DNA of 64,000 nucleotides from Candidatus Enterousia sp. (GTDB lineage Bacteria; Pseudomonadota; Alphaproteobacteria; Rs-D84): NCBI GenBank assembly GCA_045654485.1, contig JAZONN010000003.1, positions 14,715 to 78,714 of the forward strand, read 5' to 3'. Shown piece by piece: positions 58,778 to 64,000 of this stretch (position 1 is its first letter; each line of letters starts with the position of its first letter). The notes under the pieces were generated by a model. It saw only the letters and a program-made list of their open reading frames with translations, ran no database searches and was not told where the DNA came from. The position numbers and the translations under genes were made by a program.

Positions 58778-59293
58778 ATGGCTGACAAAACCACAAAAAA
58801 AACCGTTGCAAAAAAAACACCTGCAACAAAAACAACCGTTAAAAAAACCGCAACAGTGAAAGCGGCACCAAAAAAATCAGTTACAAAAAAAGTTGCAGCA
58901 GCACCTGTTGCAGAAAAATTCCCATGCGGATGCGATAAAAATTGTGCTTGCGGTGGAAACTGTGCAGAACACAAACATTGCAAATGCCGCAAATGTGGTT
59001 TTGTAAAAAAATTGATTGTATTTTTGGTTGTCTTTGCAATGGGATTTGCGACCGCAAAAATGACACAATGCGATAAACGTGGCAAAATGGGTCCAAGACC
59101 AGAATTTAATGAAAACGGTTGCTTGGTTGTAAAATGCCCAAAAATGGCAGAAAAAATGCCAATGATGGATGAAAATCAAGACGGCTGTGTAACCAAAACA
59201 GAATTCAAAGCAGCAAAAAAACATATGCGTCGTGGCCCACGCCCAGAAGAAGCACCTGTTGAAGAAGTTGCAGCACCAGAAGTTGCAGAATAA
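58778..59293 (+). CDS. Hypothetical: H1-like Lys/Ala N-terminus, Cys cluster, TM, EF-hand
   Basis: KKTVAKKTPATK.., CGCDKNCACGGNC..HCKCRKC, LIVFLVVFAMGFA, DENQDGCVTKTE. Confidence 0.75.
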   Translation: MADKTTKKTVAKKTPATKTTVKKTATVKAAPKKSVTKKVAAAPVAEKFPCGCDKNCACGGNCAEHKHCKCRKCGFVKKLIVFLVVFAMGFATAKMTQCDKRGKMGPRPEFNENGCLVVKCPKMAEKMPMMDENQDGCVTKTEFKAAKKHMRRGPRPEEAPVEEVAAPEVAE

Positions 59294-59334
59294 AAAATAT
59301 TCTTATAAAAAAATCCCCCGTTTGGGGGATTTTT

Positions 59335-60141
59335 TTAATCCAGATTCTTTAACAAGATATCTTTCATTTCGTTTGGCATCATTCCCGTTGTGGAATAACC
59401 GCAATCTACGTGATGCACTTCGCCCGTGACACCGGATGACAGGTCACTGAACAAATACATGGCCGCACCGGACACATCGTCCAATGTCATATTGCGACGC
59501 AATGGTGTCGTTTCTGCGTTCAAACGCAACATTGCTTTGAACCCGCCAACGCCACTGGATGCCAATGTCATAATTGGGCCGGCACTAATCGCATTTACAC
59601 GAATGCCGTCACGCCCCAAATCAGACGCCAAGTAACGAACACTGCTGTCCAATGCGGACTTTGCAACACCCATTACATTATAGTTTGGAACGGATTTTTC
59701 ACCGCCAAAGTATGTCAAGGTCACAATCGAACCACCGTTTGTCATCAATTTAGATGCACGACGTGTCAAATCAACCATGGAATATACCGATATATCCATT
59801 GTGTTGCGGAAATTATCACGTGTTGTATCCGCATAACGACCCGTCAATTCATTTTTATCGGAAAAAGCAATTGCGTGTAACATACCGTCCAGATGACCCC
59901 ATTCGGCTTCTATTTTCGCAAACAAATCATCCATTTGTTCATCGTTTTGAACATTGCATTCTTGGACAAATTTTGCACCAATCGATTCCGCCAATGGACG
60001 AACACGCTTTTCCAATGCAGGCATCGCATATGGCATTGCAATTTCAGCCCCCAATTCGTGTGCACGTTTGGCAATTGCCCACGCCATAGACCAATCGTTG
60101 GCAACGCCGGTAATTAAAATCTTTTTTCCTTTTAATAACAT
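59335..60141 (-). CDS. fabI: Enoyl-ACP reductase
   Basis: ITGVAN..SMAWAIA, HAIAF, YNVMGVAK, SAGPI.TLA. Confidence 0.95.
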   Translation of the reverse strand: MLLKGKKILITGVANDWSMAWAIAKRAHELGAEIAMPYAMPALEKRVRPLAESIGAKFVQECNVQNDEQMDDLFAKIEAEWGHLDGMLHAIAFSDKNELTGRYADTTRDNFRNTMDISVYSMVDLTRRASKLMTNGGSIVTLTYFGGEKSVPNYNVMGVAKSALDSSVRYLASDLGRDGIRVNAISAGPIMTLASSGVGGFKAMLRLNAETTPLRRNMTLDDVSGAAMYLFSDLSSGVTGEVHHVDCGYSTTGMMPNEMKDILLKNLD

Positions 60142-60246
60142 CAAGAATTCCTTTGGTTATTTATCTATTGGACAGATAAAATATACCACCGTCACACACA
60201 ATGTGCAACAGATAAAAAAACCGCCCATGCGGACGGTAATTTGTGC

Positions 60247-60909
60247 TTAGCGTAATTTTTGGAAATTTTTAAACAATACGCAATCTACGAATTCACACCA
60301 GTTTTGTGCATCATAGTTCGGCTTACCCGTTGGCCGACGATTGCACACATCACCCAACAATTTGCAAACCATCATGCCCGCCATAGTTTTGTTTTCAACC
60401 TGTGGCTGTTCAGCGGGTTTGGTTGCCACGGGCTGTGGTTTGGGTGCGGGTTTTGGTTTGGCCTGCTCTGCCTGTGGTGTGGGTGCGGGCTGTGGTTTAA
60501 CCTGCTCTGCCTGTGGTTTAGGCGCGGATTTTGGTTCAACCTGCTCTGCCTGTGGTTTGGGTGCGGGCTTTGGTTTAACCTGCTCTACCTGTGGTGTGGG
60601 TGCGGGTTTTGGCTTATCCTGCTCTACCTTTGGTTTGGGTGCGGGTTTTGGTTTCTGCAAAGTCACACATTTTTTTATGATGCTTTGCAAACTTAAGTGG
60701 TACATCTCATCTTCACTCATGGTTACACCAAATGCATTTTCGATAAACATACCAAATTCCAAAGCATCTAAAGAATCCATACCACTAAGATTATACAAAC
60801 TGTGGTTGGCAAAATGGTCTTTATAGCCGTCAAACATAGAGCTTGATATTTTTAATCTTTCGTTACAATATTGAAAGATCATTTGTTCTACTTGTTCGGG
60901 TGTGTACAT
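60247..60909 (-). CDS. ACP-like domain, Pro/Lys/Gln repeat linker, Cys-rich C-terminal domain
   Basis: GMDSLDALEF.MFIE.AFGV; 13-aa KPKPAPxPQxEQx repeats; C-x6-C-x15-C-x4-C tail. Confidence 0.78.
   Translation of the reverse strand: MYTPEQVEQMIFQYCNERLKISSSMFDGYKDHFANHSLYNLSGMDSLDALEFGMFIENAFGVTMSEDEMYHLSLQSIIKKCVTLQKPKPAPKPKVEQDKPKPAPTPQVEQVKPKPAPKPQAEQVEPKSAPKPQAEQVKPQPAPTPQAEQAKPKPAPKPQPVATKPAEQPQVENKTMAGMMVCKLLGDVCNRRPTGKPNYDAQNWCEFVDCVLFKNFQKLR
60420..60655 (-). repeat. 39-bp coding tandem repeat, about 6 copies
   Basis: GGTTTGGGTGCGGG..CCTGCTCT..CCTGT units. Confidence 0.9.
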
Positions 60910-60977
60910 ATAAAATCCTTTGTCATTTTTATTTTTTGTCTATGTAAATATAGCATTGCTTTGACAAATTGCAAGTT

Positions 60978-61838
60978 TTAATGCCACATTATGCGACAAA
61001 TTGGTATGCATTCGAACAACATCAGGCGATTGTTCTTTATCTTGACCAACGGGATTAACCCAAATAAACGCAGGCGAAATGTAGTGGCGTTCATATCTTC
61101 ACGTTGACGCAGCACACGATAGTATTCAGGATACGAATTGCGAATATCGGTTGATATCGCACGCCAACACGCACGCATGCGGGATTGTTGCGATATACTG
61201 GTACGTGCATCGTGATTGCGGTAATGCACCAAAACAGACGGAATATTATAGAAATGTGTATATGGCATCAATCGTGCCCATAAACGGTAATCTTCGGCGG
61301 GGCTAAAAGCGGCTTCGTATCGAATGCCATGAGAATCCAACACCGATTTGCGTATCATAGATGCGGTATGCGCCACAAAGCAATCTTGACACAGCATGGT
61401 GCGTATATCCAAATCGTGTTCGGGATATTGGCGAATAAAGTCAGCATCCGGCCCATCAAAAAATCTCATCCAACCCGACACAACACCGACCCAAGGTTTC
61501 GAATCCAATATCGCAACCGATTTTTCCAACCGGTCGGGCATACAGACATCGTCATGATCAAAAATCGCAACGTATTTACCACGTGCCATATCCAACAAAC
61601 GATTACGGGATGCCGATATCCCCATATTTTTATCATTGCGCACATATCGAATACGCCCATCAGAATACGATGCAACAACGTCATCCAATGCGGTGTTGGC
61701 GGGACTGTCGTTCAAGATAATAAATTCAAAGTCAGAAAACGTCTGATTTAATACAGATTCTATGCATTCACGCAAATGTTGGGGGTTGGTATTGTATATC
61801 GGCGTCAGCACCGACACAGTCGGCATATTTTGTGACAT
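60978..61838 (-). CDS. Glycosyltransferase family 2
   Basis: VSVLTPIYN, GISASRN, FDHDD, AEDY.LW. Confidence 0.92.
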   Translation of the reverse strand: MSQNMPTVSVLTPIYNTNPQHLRECIESVLNQTFSDFEFIILNDSPANTALDDVVASYSDGRIRYVRNDKNMGISASRNRLLDMARGKYVAIFDHDDVCMPDRLEKSVAILDSKPWVGVVSGWMRFFDGPDADFIRQYPEHDLDIRTMLCQDCFVAHTASMIRKSVLDSHGIRYEAAFSPAEDYRLWARLMPYTHFYNIPSVLVHYRNHDARTSISQQSRMRACWRAISTDIRNSYPEYYRVLRQREDMNATTFRLRLFGLIPLVKIKNNRLMLFECIPICRIMWH

Positions 61839-62036
61839 ATTTGACCTTTTTGATAAGTATAAATTCCGACATTTATACTGCCAAAGGGTGCAGAATTAGT
61901 CAATTTGATAGAAATCCTAAAAAAAACATATGAAAAAAATGCCCTATTTTCTCTTTACAACCATCGTTTATGATGTATTATGGGCATTGTTCGGGGAGTT
62001 TTTTTAGAGTGAATGGTCCACACAACAGGTAAAGTC

Positions 62037-62972
62037 ATGGAATTCATTCGTAAAATTATTGAAGTGTATAATCTGTATAAAAGCGGTAAATTGGATTTAA
62101 TACTGGCCGACGTTAATCAAATGCAATACAAGAAAAATCAAATCCAGAATCAACTGGGTGCATTGGAACAAGACGTTAAATTATCAAAACAACGCTTGGG
62201 AACGGTTCAAGATGCCGTGGTACGCAAAACATTGGGAATGAATGTCAATGTGGACTTTTCGGCCCAACATGTATGTTTGGAAACAACATATCGTGTGATT
62301 GCCGCCGGATGTTCGCCATTCTTGGTCGGACCGGCGGGCAGCGGCAAATCCACAATACTGGCCCAGATTGCAGAGGCCATGGATTTGCCTTTCTATCCCA
62401 TGTCCGTAAATTCATTGACCAGCGACTATAACATCATCGGGTACAACGATGCAAATGGCAAATATATTCCAACCGTATTCCGCCAGGCATATGAACACGG
62501 TGGTATTTTCAGCTTTGAAGAAATCGATGCGGGCAACCCAAATGTTCTGACCGTTATCAATAATGCCATGAGTCAGGATAAATACTCGTTCCCCGACAAA
62601 ATAGTGGAAAAGCATCCAAAATTCATACTGGCCGCCAGTGGTAATACATATGGCACCGGTGCAAATATCAAATATATTGGGCGAAACCCATTGGATGCGG
62701 CGACACTGGACAGATTTGTTATGGTTTATACGGACTATGATGCGAAATTGGAATACAGATTGTGCGCAAATAAAGAATGGCTGGCGTGGGTGCATCAGGT
62801 GCGCAGCGCGGTTAACAGATTAGATATGAAAGTGGTTGTCGGAACACGTGCGGTGTTGCATGGCGAAAAACTGCTGAATGCGGGCCTGCCCCGGGCAGCG
62901 GTTGAAGAAATGGTTGTATTCAAAGGCATGCGGATGGCAGACATTGAAAAAATTCGTGGCAATATCAGATAA
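62037..62972 (+). CDS. MoxR/CbbQ-like AAA+ ATPase (AAA_5)
   Basis: GPAGSGKS, FEEID, NTYG.GA..KY.GRN.LDAATLDRF; N-terminal coiled coil. Confidence 0.88.
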   Translation: MEFIRKIIEVYNLYKSGKLDLILADVNQMQYKKNQIQNQLGALEQDVKLSKQRLGTVQDAVVRKTLGMNVNVDFSAQHVCLETTYRVIAAGCSPFLVGPAGSGKSTILAQIAEAMDLPFYPMSVNSLTSDYNIIGYNDANGKYIPTVFRQAYEHGGIFSFEEIDAGNPNVLTVINNAMSQDKYSFPDKIVEKHPKFILAASGNTYGTGANIKYIGRNPLDAATLDRFVMVYTDYDAKLEYRLCANKEWLAWVHQVRSAVNRLDMKVVVGTRAVLHGEKLLNAGLPRAAVEEMVVFKGMRMADIEKIRGNIR

Positions 62973-62978
62973 CAAAAT

Positions 62979-64000
62979 ATGGATTGGTTAAAAAATCATC
63001 TTGGGTCGTTGGGATATGCAGGGGATTTTTATATCCCAAACAATAGCACCGGTGGTGGCGCCGGTGACGGTCAGAAACCGCACGCCGCAGGCGAAGAACA
63101 AATCAAACGACCAATAAATTACGATAAACCACGTGTTGTGCAAACGGATGAATATGATTTCCCCAGAATACAAAAGTTTTTTGAATGGGAACAATTCTTG
63201 GACTATGTCGATTGGTCGGGACACGAAAACAGGCGTGCTTCACATAATACCTACAACAAATATCTTGAAGGTACTTTGACCAGGTCTTTTCAAGAAGCGA
63301 TGCAATTGGCACGTTATGGATGGGTCGATGGTTTAAAGCAATTAAAAGACATAGAGTCGGTTAATCTGCACCCCACCACGATCGCCATGCAAACATATGA
63401 CACCGAATCCAGATATGATATCGCAGGTGGCGCTGTAAATATTGGACGATATCTGGCGCATGCACCTGATTGTATGCGTCGAATGACACCGATACGAAAT
63501 CACACTTTGCCGGCACGTATTCAAAAGATATTAATCAACAGTATTTTCCCCCGAACTACACAACCCAGCGACGTATTAAAACACGGATATACAGTGTACC
63601 AAATCATAGACGCATTAGAACGGGCCAACATACAAACCGATATAACAATCGTCTTTCCAGTAAATAAGCATATCATGTACAGCCAACGTGATTATTATTT
63701 CTATGAAACATATATAAAAATCAAAGATTCAACCGATATAATCTATCCAGAAAAATTGCTGTTTTGTCTGGCGCATCCATCAATGCTGCGACGATTGGTG
63801 TTTTCAGAATTTGAAAAGAACTCGCGTTCCGTTCGTGAATTCTTTCACTTTTATCAATACAGCGCAGACGAGCGTGGATATGGCAGTTACGTCCCCGAAT
63901 GGCAACCACCGCAATATATGATGCGTGACACACTGATGATACCAGATGTATCAAATGCGAATAGTATGGAACACATAATTGCACAAATTCAAAATATGAT
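62979..64000 (+). CDS. Partner of the AAA+ ATPase (vWA-like, phage-type); runs off the window; absent from the ORF track
   Basis: Hand translation is open from ATG 62979 to the window end: MDWLKNHLG..EAMQLARYGW..YDIAGGAVNIGRYL..PDCM..IDALE..LAHPSMLRRLVF..GYG. Confidence 0.75.
   Translation, partial: MDWLKNHLGSLGYAGDFYIPNNSTGGGAGDGQKPHAAGEEQIKRPINYDKPRVVQTDEYDFPRIQKFFEWEQFLDYVDWSGHENRRASHNTYNKYLEGTLTRSFQEAMQLARYGWVDGLKQLKDIESVNLHPTTIAMQTYDTESRYDIAGGAVNIGRYLAHAPDCMRRMTPIRNHTLPARIQKILINSIFPRTTQPSDVLKHGYTVYQIIDALERANIQTDITIVFPVNKHIMYSQRDYYFYETYIKIKDSTDIIYPEKLLFCLAHPSMLRRLVFSEFEKNSRSVREFFHFYQYSADERGYGSYVPEWQPPQYMMRDTLMIPDVSNANSMEHIIAQIQNM

Overview
Bacterial chromosomal DNA, densely coding and mostly housekeeping. 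It encodes a fused accD-accA, ihfB, gpmI, tadA, rsmD, rplY, amiC, an M23 peptidase-bactofilin-rpiB cluster, lpxA-lpxB, prfB with its +1 frameshift, a P-type ATPase, comM, lepB-rnc-secG, PBP1A, ligA, tatD-tcdA, alaS, HU and fabI. Two intact tRNAs are present (Ser-CGA, Arg-CCG). Gene content, lipid A genes and Rickettsia-type palindromic repeats point to a reduced-genome alphaproteobacterium; the style recalls gut/rumen Rs-D84 or 'Ca. Enterousia' genomes, which is my inference only. Lineage-specific features between the core genes: (i) a 3' half of tRNA-Ser(GCT) with arm-like repeats at the left edge, probably an island att site; (ii) a ~200-nt multi-hairpin, C4/ash-like leader RNA ending in a terminator upstream of a surface-protein operon; (iii) two distant acyl-carrier-protein paralogues sharing an identically spaced, unrecognised C-terminal 4-Cys domain; (iv) giant Cys-rich and LRR surface proteins with mosaic repeats, plus a small Cys-rich gene split at a G7(TG)3 tract; (v) a triple RPE4-like repeat; (vi) a possible polymorphic-toxin-like gene pair; (vii) several apparent pseudo-enzymes; (viii) many apparently leaderless genes; (ix) a phage-type AAA+/vWA-like pair at the right edge. 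No CRISPR array, transposase, integrase or rRNA was seen. All calls come from reading the sequence; no searches were run.
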